A stretch of DNA of 64,000 nt from IMG/VR virus record IMGVR_UViG_3300045961_000160. The stretch is one strand, 5' to 3'. Position 1 is the stretch's first letter; each line of letters begins with the position of its first letter. The notes under the pieces were generated by a model that was given only the letters and a program-made list of their open reading frames with translations, was not told the DNA's origin and did no database searches. The position numbers were made by a program, and so were the translations under genes. This DNA is from an uncultured virus (IMG/VR IMGVR_UViG_3300045961_000160). Lineage: Duplodnaviria > Heunggongvirae > Uroviricota > Caudoviricetes. Shown here in pieces: positions 56,608-64,000 of this stretch.

Positions 56608-57312
56608 TTAATTATTTTGTTCTACGGAATTTTCTGCAATCTGATTTGCAGTCATATCTTCTAAATCACCAGCTAAAATTTTAACACATTCATCAATTAA
56701 AATTTCAACAAGGTCATCTTTAAATTCACATTCAACATCAACCAGTGACACTTGACCTGTATACGGATCTGAAATACCTTTGATTTGAATTTTAGTAGGT
56801 TGCTTGTAATAAACTAATACAGCATCAACAATATCAAATTCACCATTAGTGTAAATTTTTAATTTATTACCGGCAAATGTACATACCGTTTCTCCCCATG
56901 GAAAACTTGGTTTTTTATTTACATCCTTCAAAGTCAAATCAATGTTTGCCTCTTCAGTTAAATAAACAGTAAGTGCTCTTTTTTCAGGACAACAGTCAGT
57001 TGTAGCTTTAGAAGAGACTCTTTTAAATTCAAAGTAATCCGCTGGTAATTTTGATGAAATGTAATAGGTTTCTTTTTTAACCATACTGAGTTTTTCTTCA
57101 GTAAGTAATATCTGAAGATCATCAATTCTTCTTTTGCTGGATTCATCACCTTGCTTGCTAAGGTTTGTTCCTTGAAGATTTCTACGACACCAATCAATTT
57201 GAGCTTTATTGAATGCTTCAATAATTTGCCAAGGCATTATATTGTCATAGTCATTACTTGCCAACTTGTTAATGCGCTGCTTAACTTTAAGTTGTATAGT
57301 GTCATTTGTCAT
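56608..57312 (-). CDS. head-tail ring protein (crAss gene-74-like)
   Basis: FNKAQ, DESSKRRIDDLQILL, LPADY, KPSF.WGET, YYKQP and CEF...EILID motifs; position downstream of MCP. Confidence 0.75.
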   Translation of the reverse strand: MTNDTIQLKVKQRINKLASNDYDNIMPWQIIEAFNKAQIDWCRRNLQGTNLSKQGDESSKRRIDDLQILLTEEKLSMVKKETYYISSKLPADYFEFKRVSSKATTDCCPEKRALTVYLTEEANIDLTLKDVNKKPSFPWGETVCTFAGNKLKIYTNGEFDIVDAVLVYYKQPTKIQIKGISDPYTGQVSLVDVECEFKDDLVEILIDECVKILAGDLEDMTANQIAENSVEQNN

Positions 57313-57479
57313 TTCCCTTTAACTTTTTTTAGATTAGGGTTTTTGCGCTTTGCTGCCGGTGAAGCTTTTCTACTTGCAGATGCAAGAATAGCTCCAGCTG
57401 CTTCCATTGATACACCTTGTTTTTTAGCAATTCCTTTTTGAGCTGCTTTAAAACCCATACCTTTTTTAACTTGTGCCAT
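57309..57479 (-). CDS. 56-aa small basic protein (start revised to ATG 57479)
   Basis: MAQVKKGMGFKAAQKGIAKKQGVSMEAAGAILASASRKASPAAKRKNPNLKKVKGK; K/A-rich. Confidence 0.8.
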   Translation of the reverse strand: MAQVKKGMGFKAAQKGIAKKQGVSMEAAGAILASASRKASPAAKRKNPNLKKVKGK

Positions 57480-57480
57480 C

Positions 57481-57630
57481 TTATTTCTTCTTTGCTGTCT
57501 TTGCAGAATTAATAAAATCTTTCTTAGTTGGCGCACCTTTGGTTCCGGGTTTTTTCATTGTTTCCCCGGAACCATTTTTAATGCGTTCTCTTTTAGCATG
57601 AATGTTGGCATATAGCCCTTTCTTAGCCAT
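57481..57630 (-). CDS. 49-aa small basic protein (not in ORF track)
   Basis: MAKKGLYANIHAKRERIKNGSGETMKKPGTKGAPTKKDFINSAKTAKKK; the GLYANIHAKR...GAPT signature is one I recall from aquatic phages. Confidence 0.8.
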   Translation of the reverse strand: MAKKGLYANIHAKRERIKNGSGETMKKPGTKGAPTKKDFINSAKTAKKK

Positions 57631-57755
57631 TAGCAACCTTTTTTAACTTTCCCTCCCATTGCTTTTTTAGGAGTAATTTTTTTTCCAGTTTCTTTTTTTG
57701 CCCATGGTGGAGTCCATTTACCTTTTGCAGGTGCGGCTTTTTTTCCAGTTGCCAT
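57630..57755 (-). CDS. 41-aa small basic protein (not in ORF track)
   Basis: MATGKKAAPAKGKWTPPWAKKETGKKITPKKAMGGKVKKGC; TAATG coupling to the next gene. Confidence 0.75.
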   Translation of the reverse strand: MATGKKAAPAKGKWTPPWAKKETGKKITPKKAMGGKVKKGC

Positions 57756-57770
57756 TGTATTGTAGTTTAA

Positions 57771-58763
57771 TTATTTACTCCACAAATCTTCAACCTTTGC
57801 CATAAGAAGATCTAACATATCTTCATTGGCTGGGTTTTTCAGATATTCCATAACATCTGATACATTACGACCAAGCATTACATTTTGTGATGCTTCATGT
57901 AACATACCATCTGGTTTGGCAATAATGTACTTGTAAAAACTAGCATCTTTGATGATTGCTTTAATTTTCAAGTCTTCTACACTCATCTTAGCATGATCAA
58001 TAAATGTTGTAGCACAACGCTTCAAATTATTGTCATATGCTTTACCATTAATGTATTTATCCATGTTACTATAGATAATACCTGGTAATGTTTTATTAGT
58101 GTATTGTGCACTATTACCATCAATGTTTTTAGCAATATAAAACAGTTTTCTTGGTTCTTCTTCAGACAATTCTTCAAGTAATGCACCTGCTTTGTTTTTC
58201 AGCTTAGTTACACTTACACTTGTAGCAATTGTATCAATTTGTCTATCCAAGTACCATTTTTTACCACTACGTTTGCAATCTTCATAGGTTGGTGCCACTA
58301 ATGAAAAACCACCTGCTTCAATTGCTTTAACAATAATTAAGTGATCCAGATTATTAGCCGGATCTAAAACTTGATCATCATTTCCAAGTTTCAATAATAC
58401 TTTACCCCACACATCACTATTGTCTGGTGTAAACATTTGAACTTTTGACCAAAACTCTTTATCATTTGGATCAAGATAGTTAAATGCGCGTTCTGCTTCA
58501 AGTGTAGCTACTGTTTTGCGGATGTCATCAATAATAGCTTTTTTCTTTTCAGTGTCTTTGATTTGCTTAATTTCTGGAGCAAATTCATTTAATCCTGACA
58601 AGTATCTAGCTTTACCGTTTTGCTCAACTGCTGCTAATGTTTCTACTTGAAATGTGTTTGGGAATACTACATAACCGTAGTTTTCTAATCCCATGTTTTC
58701 CTGTGTAGGATCGCAATAAGCTTTAATACTTACCTTTCCTACTGTTTCTAATTTTGTACTCAT
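57771..58763 (-). CDS. conserved crAss-like head-module protein (gene-75-like)
   Basis: 330 aa between the MCP and ring-protein genes; YLSGL...FW...LDP and C-terminal LG.NV....EYLKNP.N signature. Confidence 0.65.
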   Translation of the reverse strand: MSTKLETVGKVSIKAYCDPTQENMGLENYGYVVFPNTFQVETLAAVEQNGKARYLSGLNEFAPEIKQIKDTEKKKAIIDDIRKTVATLEAERAFNYLDPNDKEFWSKVQMFTPDNSDVWGKVLLKLGNDDQVLDPANNLDHLIIVKAIEAGGFSLVAPTYEDCKRSGKKWYLDRQIDTIATSVSVTKLKNKAGALLEELSEEEPRKLFYIAKNIDGNSAQYTNKTLPGIIYSNMDKYINGKAYDNNLKRCATTFIDHAKMSVEDLKIKAIIKDASFYKYIIAKPDGMLHEASQNVMLGRNVSDVMEYLKNPANEDMLDLLMAKVEDLWSK

Positions 58764-58787
58764 TTTGTTGGTTTATGTGAATGCTGA

Positions 58788-58795
58788 CAAATATA
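58788..58795 (-). promoter_or_regulatory. Bacteroidota-type -7 promoter element TATATTTG
   Basis: Exact TAnnTTTG consensus, 24 nt upstream of ATG 58763 and just after a terminator. Confidence 0.6.
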
Positions 58796-58825
58796 ATAAA
58801 AACAGCTCCATTTCTGAAGCTGTTT
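58795..58825 (-). terminator. intrinsic terminator
   Basis: - strand AAACAGCTTCA-GAAA-TGGAGCTGTTT followed by TTATT. Confidence 0.75.
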
Positions 58826-58832
58826 AAGACTT

Positions 58833-59090
58833 TTAACCTAGTGCAGTAATTAATGCATCTAATTTGGTTTCAATTGCTTGAAGGCGAGCTTCAGTTTGTG
58901 TACGCAATGTTGTAACAGTTGTTCCTGTTAAATCTGCAGTATCTCCTAAAGTACCAACTGTAGAAGAGACTTCATTGATTTGACGGACAATCTCATTAAC
59001 ATGTGCTACACGGGCCAAAGCTGCTTCACTTTGATCTGCGCGTTTGATAATTAAATCTGGACTAGCAACTTTAATTTTTTCTATTGACAT
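58833..59090 (-). CDS. 85-aa coiled-coil protein, possible head fibre/decoration (start revised to ATG 59090)
   Basis: ARVAHVNEIV...EARLQAIETKLDALITAL heptads. The ORF-track start overlaps the MCP terminator. Confidence 0.6.
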   Translation of the reverse strand: MSIEKIKVASPDLIIKRADQSEAALARVAHVNEIVRQINEVSSTVGTLGDTADLTGTTVTTLRTQTEARLQAIETKLDALITALG

Positions 59091-59102
59091 GACTTTGAGT
59101 TT

Positions 59103-59145
59103 AAAAAAAAGGGGAGGAAGTTGCTTGGCATCCACCTCCCCTTTT
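59103..59145 (-). terminator. intrinsic terminator after MCP
   Basis: AAAAGGGGAGG...CCTCCCCTTTT stem ending in a T8 run on the - strand. Confidence 0.8.
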
Positions 59146-59161
59146 AATATTAATAATCAGA

Positions 59162-60778
59162 TTATAGAGATCCGCCAGTGATTGGGTTTCTCATAACGAT
59201 TTTCAACACTTTAGTAGGGTCTTCTACTTTGATTGCTGGCATCGCCTGTGTCATGTAGATTTGGTATCCATTAAAGTTACCAGATGAAGCGAACCCTTGA
59301 GTACGTCCCATATAGTCCATAGAACCATTTACATAACGCCAAACTAGATCTTTGTTCCAAGCACATTTCAATAGTTTGATGTTGTCTTGACCGTTCTCAG
59401 TAATATCAAAGATGATAAATGAGTAAGAAGACAAACGGAAACCATCAATGATTGGGTTTTCAATCTCGTTGTTTTGAAGGTTGTCAAATGCAGGGTTCAA
59501 TACAAACTTCACATTTGCCAAGAATGGAATAGTGTAGCTTGTAAAAGAGAAACCGTAAGACAAGTCCATTCCTGAACCTTTAACAGCATCTAATTCTTTT
59601 GCATTCAATACAAGACCAGAACCAACTGCTTCACGTTTGATAGCCTCATTGATCATGCGCATACCACCCATACCAGTTTGAACAATCAACTCACGTTTTG
59701 GATCTGGACCTTGGAAGTCAACTTTACCATTGTAGAAGTTGAAGATCTCAGAACGGAAGATGTCAAGACGGAAGTCTGATTTGTTGTAAACATGCTTGTA
59801 AGCCAAGTCTAACTGTTTCCAAAGACCAACAGACAAACGAAGATCATCTGGACCATCTTGCTTGATACGTCCACCTTTACCCCACATAAGGTAAGTTTCA
59901 ATATCATAAGCAATTTTAGAAAGGTGAGCAGCTTCCAATTTAGTGATGAAAGAACGAACAAGGTTTCCATTGTCCATAGCTTTTTTCACATAACCTTGAC
60001 CTTTAGCAGCAACCATTCCCTCTAAAGAGTTGATTGATGGATCTAAAGATGTGTCAAAGTTTTTCCACAACTCAACAACTGGAATAGAACCGTCAGCATT
60101 CATACCACCTTTTTCCATCAACTTCACTTTAGAAGAGATAGTGTAGTGTACGTGTGCATCAGCATTACCTACATAGTTGTAGAATTCACGACTTGTGTGA
60201 GTCATAGAAAGATCTGAGTAACGCTCACCATATTCTCCACGGGCAGAACCTACACGGAAGTAATAAGTGTTACTAGTCAAGAAACGGTTGTCAAATGAAG
60301 CCAAGTTATCATTGTTTGGCATTTGAACTGTATAGATGAAACCATCACCCATGTCAAGGATGTCCTCATCAGTTACATAAAGTTCCTTACCATTGAATTT
60401 GTCGTAAGTGATGATGTCACCATGACCAAACACGCGCTTATTCAACTTGATACGGAATGGAGTTCCATCAATACCTTTTGCAGTATTAGAAGGATCAAGA
60501 TCTTCCATGATGTAAGGAAGCTCTTCAGATACAGGTGTTGACCACTTGTATTCACCGCGTGGGTGGTTAACCTCAATTACATTTTTACCATTGAATGATG
60601 ACATTTGATACAAAGGCATCTCAACTTTTTTAACTTGTGCCCAAAGTTCAATTGGACCTAAGTCATCCGGTTGCGCGTCTTTCATCAAGTTCATCAAGTG
60701 GTAAGAATCCACATGAGATGAAGTTTGGTAGTTGTTGTCCCGAAGGAACATACCATTGTTTAGAACTGGTGTACTCAT
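59162..60778 (-). CDS. major capsid protein (crAss-like, HK97 fold)
   Basis: 538 aa, two genes downstream of the portal; strong codon bias and downstream terminator; LMWGKGG...GLWKQL, TGMGG, F.SY......VKFVLNPAFD and EDPTK motifs resembling crAss MCPs. Confidence 0.85.
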   Translation of the reverse strand: MSTPVLNNGMFLRDNNYQTSSHVDSYHLMNLMKDAQPDDLGPIELWAQVKKVEMPLYQMSSFNGKNVIEVNHPRGEYKWSTPVSEELPYIMEDLDPSNTAKGIDGTPFRIKLNKRVFGHGDIITYDKFNGKELYVTDEDILDMGDGFIYTVQMPNNDNLASFDNRFLTSNTYYFRVGSARGEYGERYSDLSMTHTSREFYNYVGNADAHVHYTISSKVKLMEKGGMNADGSIPVVELWKNFDTSLDPSINSLEGMVAAKGQGYVKKAMDNGNLVRSFITKLEAAHLSKIAYDIETYLMWGKGGRIKQDGPDDLRLSVGLWKQLDLAYKHVYNKSDFRLDIFRSEIFNFYNGKVDFQGPDPKRELIVQTGMGGMRMINEAIKREAVGSGLVLNAKELDAVKGSGMDLSYGFSFTSYTIPFLANVKFVLNPAFDNLQNNEIENPIIDGFRLSSYSFIIFDITENGQDNIKLLKCAWNKDLVWRYVNGSMDYMGRTQGFASSGNFNGYQIYMTQAMPAIKVEDPTKVLKIVMRNPITGGSL

Positions 60779-60807
60779 TTTTATTTGTTATTTAATTGTT
60801 TACTCTG

Positions 60808-62121
60808 TTACTGTCTAGAGAACAAAGATCTACCGCTGCGCTTAATAGGTTCGCGTTTCCCTGGTGTTCTTCCAGCATTGCTATTTTGATCTCCTATACC
60901 TGTAGAAGATGCATTTCTTGACGCTTCTTCTGTTCTTAGTTGTCGCGCTGTACTAGCATTAGCTGTATTGGCACCAAGTTGTTTGATAGAGTTACGGTAT
61001 TGAACCGGATCTGCTAACAACCAAAGTGCTTCAGCAACCAATGAAGGATTTGCTTTTTCGCCAAACTGATGCTGCTCAAGTAAGTATCCTAATGCATTTG
61101 TAGGATTACCTTTTGAATCTTGATACTTGCTATTATCAGTCAAACCATAATAAAGCATTGTTTGTACTTTATTATTCAATGGAATACCATTCAAGTTGTT
61201 ACTGTTTAATGTATTGTAAACAACATCATGGTATTTTTTTTCCATTTGTGCTTTGCGAGTTTGAGCTGCTTGTTGGTCTTGCAATCTTTTCTCAATTACT
61301 TGAGCTTGTTGCGCATCCAATTTCGGCTTGTATCTTTCAGCATATTTGGCCAAATCTCCGCGATCTTTGAGAACATTGATTTCATCTTCAATCTCTTCAG
61401 CTGTACCAAAACCAGAAAGATTTAAATACTGTCTAGCAATAACCTCTTGGTCATCTTCTTTAGACACATCTAAATCAAAAGTTTCTTGTGCACGCGCTAA
61501 TTGACTAAAGACTGCTTTTATGTCTTGTCCGCCATTTAATGCATAATGCACAACGGCTTGAACTTCTTGAGGCAACTGTTGAAACAACTGAACTGGTGCA
61601 TTAGCAGCAACTTCATTTGTTTGTGAATCAATGTTAGCCTGAATTAGTTCTTCAAAGTCATCCACTGTATAGTCTTCAATTGGCTTTTCCAAAGTACCAT
61701 CTTCTTTTGCAAATGGTTGTAAAATGCCTTTGTCAACTAATCTTTTAGTTGCTTCTACCATTGCATCTTTAACAAGTCTTGGGCGACCTCCAGGATTTTT
61801 TCCTGCTTGCGCTGCTGGATCATCATTGTCTTCTTCCTCTTCTTCATTGTTCAAAGGTTCATCAACAATGGCAGCTACAACTTGTTTTGCTACATCTGGG
61901 TTTTGCAAACTTTCAGTGTCATCATCATCAATTTCATCAAGAAATTTCATGTCAACTTTATCTGATTTGAAAACATTAGGTTTTGGTTCGGAACCTCCGC
62001 TAATCACTGAACTAGCTGAAGGGATTCCTAACAAATCATCCAAGTTTTCAAATTCAACCTCTTCTGCCGCTGCAGGAGAGCCATTTGCAGCTTCTAAGGC
62101 TGCTTTTTCTGCTTCTGTCAT
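60808..62121 (-). CDS. acidic scaffold-like head protein (crAss gene-77-like; start revised to ATG 62121)
   Basis: D/E-rich disordered N-terminus, helical core, basic C-terminal tail; lies between portal and MCP. Confidence 0.7.
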   Translation of the reverse strand: MTEAEKAALEAANGSPAAAEEVEFENLDDLLGIPSASSVISGGSEPKPNVFKSDKVDMKFLDEIDDDDTESLQNPDVAKQVVAAIVDEPLNNEEEEEDNDDPAAQAGKNPGGRPRLVKDAMVEATKRLVDKGILQPFAKEDGTLEKPIEDYTVDDFEELIQANIDSQTNEVAANAPVQLFQQLPQEVQAVVHYALNGGQDIKAVFSQLARAQETFDLDVSKEDDQEVIARQYLNLSGFGTAEEIEDEINVLKDRGDLAKYAERYKPKLDAQQAQVIEKRLQDQQAAQTRKAQMEKKYHDVVYNTLNSNNLNGIPLNNKVQTMLYYGLTDNSKYQDSKGNPTNALGYLLEQHQFGEKANPSLVAEALWLLADPVQYRNSIKQLGANTANASTARQLRTEEASRNASSTGIGDQNSNAGRTPGKREPIKRSGRSLFSRQ

Positions 62122-62147
62122 AATTGTTGGTTTAATACTGACTATAA

Positions 62148-62177
62148 ATAATATAAGCAAAAATATTTAATTGTAAA
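62148..62177 (-). promoter_or_regulatory. putative promoter TTTACA-N16-TATATT(AT)
   Basis: Intergenic, upstream of 62121; shared motif. Confidence 0.55.
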
Positions 62178-62248
62178 CATATATTGTTTAACTAATTTTA
62201 GGTTGCAAAAAACTTTTAACCATCCTATAGTTATAACAACAAAAATTT

Positions 62249-64000
62249 TTACTTATTAGGTTTTTTCTGATCAAAACGGTTCTTGTTTTCTCTGGCAATT
62301 GCAAACTCAGTTTGTTTGTTTGCAGCTTCCATAGTCATCTTTTCTCTCTCAAGATCAAGCTTTTGCTGTTGTAAATCATTTCTAGAACTTTCTTTTGCTC
62401 TATTAAAGTTCATTGTATCATTATACTGCTGAGATTGTTTTACATCATTTAAAACATCTTGGAAGTCAGATTGCTGGTTTTGATTAACATCCTGCATGGC
62501 ACCATAACCGGCAGCTTTAATTTCAGCTTCAAGTAATCTAGCTCTGCGGTCTTTTTCTTTTTCGCGGGATTCATGATCAAGCTCCATTTGTTTTTCTGCT
62601 TTCTTAGCTGCAATTTCTGCTTCTTGTGCTTGTTGTTCTGCAGCCATTTGTTCTTGGCGTTGAGCTTCAGCTTTTTCTTCAATTGCTTTAAGAGCCACAT
62701 TAATTGTTCCTAAAGAATCCGTTTGCATTAGTTTACCTAAGTCATACACAGATGCACCAGTAGTATTGTTAGTCATGAACAATTGTTTAAGCTGTTCAAG
62801 CATTGTACGGTTGTTTGCATTTGTATTACAGAATACATTTAAGTCAACTAGCAATAAGTCGGTACCATTGATTTCAAAGTTTGTTCTCTCATCTGGAGAA
62901 ATCATTCCTTGCAATCTAACAGATGATTTATTTGAATGGTAGTATTGTGCTAAGTCAGTGCGCATTTGATGCACACGCGGCATTAAATGATCACTGTGTT
63001 GAATAAAATAAGTTTCAGTTTGTGCATATGATCCACTAACTGCTTGTTCTACTCCGGTAGCTGTATTTGTTTGTCCAAGTTGTTGACCCATGCGTTGTGG
63101 ATTCAATCCAACTACTTCCATGCATTGTTGTTTGAAGTAATTAGCCAACTGGATTCTTGACATCAAACGTGCAGACTGTTCCATGTTTAACACTTGGTAG
63201 TGTTGGAAGTTTGTTGCACTTTCTGTATTGGCAATACTTGGATCCAATGGTAACATTGAAAAATCTTTCATTGCTACATAGGCTTTGGCCAAATTGTTTT
63301 TACCCCAGTCTTCACCCATAGAGTGTTTAGGAATTGCATTTTGATCTAATACAACTACAGTTCCAATTTCATCAACAAGAATGTCAGCAATCTGGTTATT
63401 GCAAATATTGTAACCAATTTGTGCAGGCTTCATCATATCTACTAATGAAGAAGACTTTGTATTTCTATCAGAGAATACACGTCCTTCAATTGGTAACTTG
63501 GCACCATACATTGTTTTGTCTCCACGGAACTGGAATTTCAATGGTCCGGGTTTTTGTCTATCAATACCAATGTAAATAGGATCAAAATCTGTATCAGTGT
63601 CAGTGTTAAAAATGGTACGGTTGTTTCCAATTTTTACACCACCCCATGTTTGATTAATCCAATACCAATCAACATGGTCTCCAAATACTAAGTTATCTGC
63701 AGTTTCTTTTTTCTCAAATACTTTGTTGTAAAGAGGTTTATTATTGATAATGTAATTCTCATCCACTATCTCTGTAATAACCGCTCCATCCTCATCTATT
63801 GAGGTTAGATGACCAACTTTACGCTGAGTCTTCCAGTAAACTGTAGATACTCTTAATAGTTCTACTGTATGTAAGTAACCAGCATGCTCGCTTTCTCCAA
63901 TGATATAAGACACAACATCATGCGCTGTATAAGCATTCTCTAGGAAAGACATGTGTCGCTTCATGTCCACACCTGAGTCAAGTACATTACTCTTATAGCT
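62249..64000 (-). CDS. portal protein (5'-partial; the frame stays open to the window edge)
   Basis: WYWINQTWGGVKIG, AKLPIEG, SLVDMMKPAQIGYN and GLNPQRMGQ....TATGVEQAV..S...TE.YF motifs with a C-terminal charged coiled coil, as in crAss portals. Confidence 0.85.
   Translation of the reverse strand, partial: SYKSNVLDSGVDMKRHMSFLENAYTAHDVVSYIIGESEHAGYLHTVELLRVSTVYWKTQRKVGHLTSIDEDGAVITEIVDENYIINNKPLYNKVFEKKETADNLVFGDHVDWYWINQTWGGVKIGNNRTIFNTDTDTDFDPIYIGIDRQKPGPLKFQFRGDKTMYGAKLPIEGRVFSDRNTKSSSLVDMMKPAQIGYNICNNQIADILVDEIGTVVVLDQNAIPKHSMGEDWGKNNLAKAYVAMKDFSMLPLDPSIANTESATNFQHYQVLNMEQSARLMSRIQLANYFKQQCMEVVGLNPQRMGQQLGQTNTATGVEQAVSGSYAQTETYFIQHSDHLMPRVHQMRTDLAQYYHSNKSSVRLQGMISPDERTNFEINGTDLLLVDLNVFCNTNANNRTMLEQLKQLFMTNNTTGASVYDLGKLMQTDSLGTINVALKAIEEKAEAQRQEQMAAEQQAQEAEIAAKKAEKQMELDHESREKEKDRRARLLEAEIKAAGYGAMQDVNQNQQSDFQDVLNDVKQSQQYNDTMNFNRAKESSRNDLQQQKLDLEREKMTMEAANKQTEFAIARENKNRFDQKKPNK

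Noticed and set aside
57540..57574. 10-bp inverted repeat TGGTTCCGGG...CCCGGAACCA
   Set aside because: It lies inside the 49-aa ORF and can be explained by the GSG/PGT codons; there is no suitable U-tract on the coding strand.
389..63579. Numerous short opposite-strand or nested ORFs in the track (e.g. 389-613, 5269-5526, 9592-9906, 35031-35402, 61724-62170)
   Set aside because: Shadow ORFs within longer, motif-supported genes, with no recognisable features or start context.
1..64000. Stop-codon reassignment (TAG=Gln or TGA=Trp), known in some crAss-like phages
   Set aside because: Genes up to 10.8 kb are uninterrupted in the standard code and coding density is near complete. TGA and TAG serve as ordinary stops (e.g. 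3803, 52908).
14305..64000. Inteins or group I introns in RNAP, MCP or portal
   Set aside because: No C...HN-(C/S/T) splice motifs or LAGLIDADG motifs seen; frames are continuous.
1..64000. tRNA/rRNA genes, integrase or att sites, host chromosomal genes
   Set aside because: Intergenic gaps are short and show no cloverleaf; no recombinase is seen; all content is phage-like.

Overview
The whole window is part of an AT-rich, densely coding genome of a crAss-like phage (Crassvirales-type podovirus) that uses the standard genetic code. A Bacteroidota host is likely, given the lack of Shine-Dalgarno sequences, A-rich start contexts and a TAnnTTTG promoter; an aquatic origin is inferred from the small-gene families. 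Positions 1-8229 are mostly + strand accessory and DNA-metabolism genes: an HNH-AP2/Dda-like helicase fusion, an array of small genes sharing a junction motif and bracketed by a duplicated gene, a spore-photoproduct-lyase-like radical SAM enzyme, an inverted metallophosphoesterase and a MazG-like pyrophosphatase. Positions 8226-64000 are a single - strand virion module in crAss-like order: portal (partial), scaffold-like protein, major capsid protein, small basic proteins, ring protein, Dps-like protein, auxiliary capsid protein, very Cys-rich hub/fibre genes with collagen repeats, IHF-like protein, two ring proteins, muzzle, cargo proteins and three giant ejected proteins, including a 3612-aa virion RNA polymerase (DYDID motif). 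Main observations: (1) the three giant proteins are nearly Cys-free except at their facing termini, suggesting a head-to-tail linked ejection chain; (2) a 3'-UTR hairpin at 48072-48100 is antisense to the leaders of two head genes; (3) a shared TATATTA(T) late-promoter motif; (4) recurrent (A/K)xGG motifs in internal proteins; (5) a possible spore-like UV-protection strategy. Most structural calls rest on motifs plus gene order, not on database searches.
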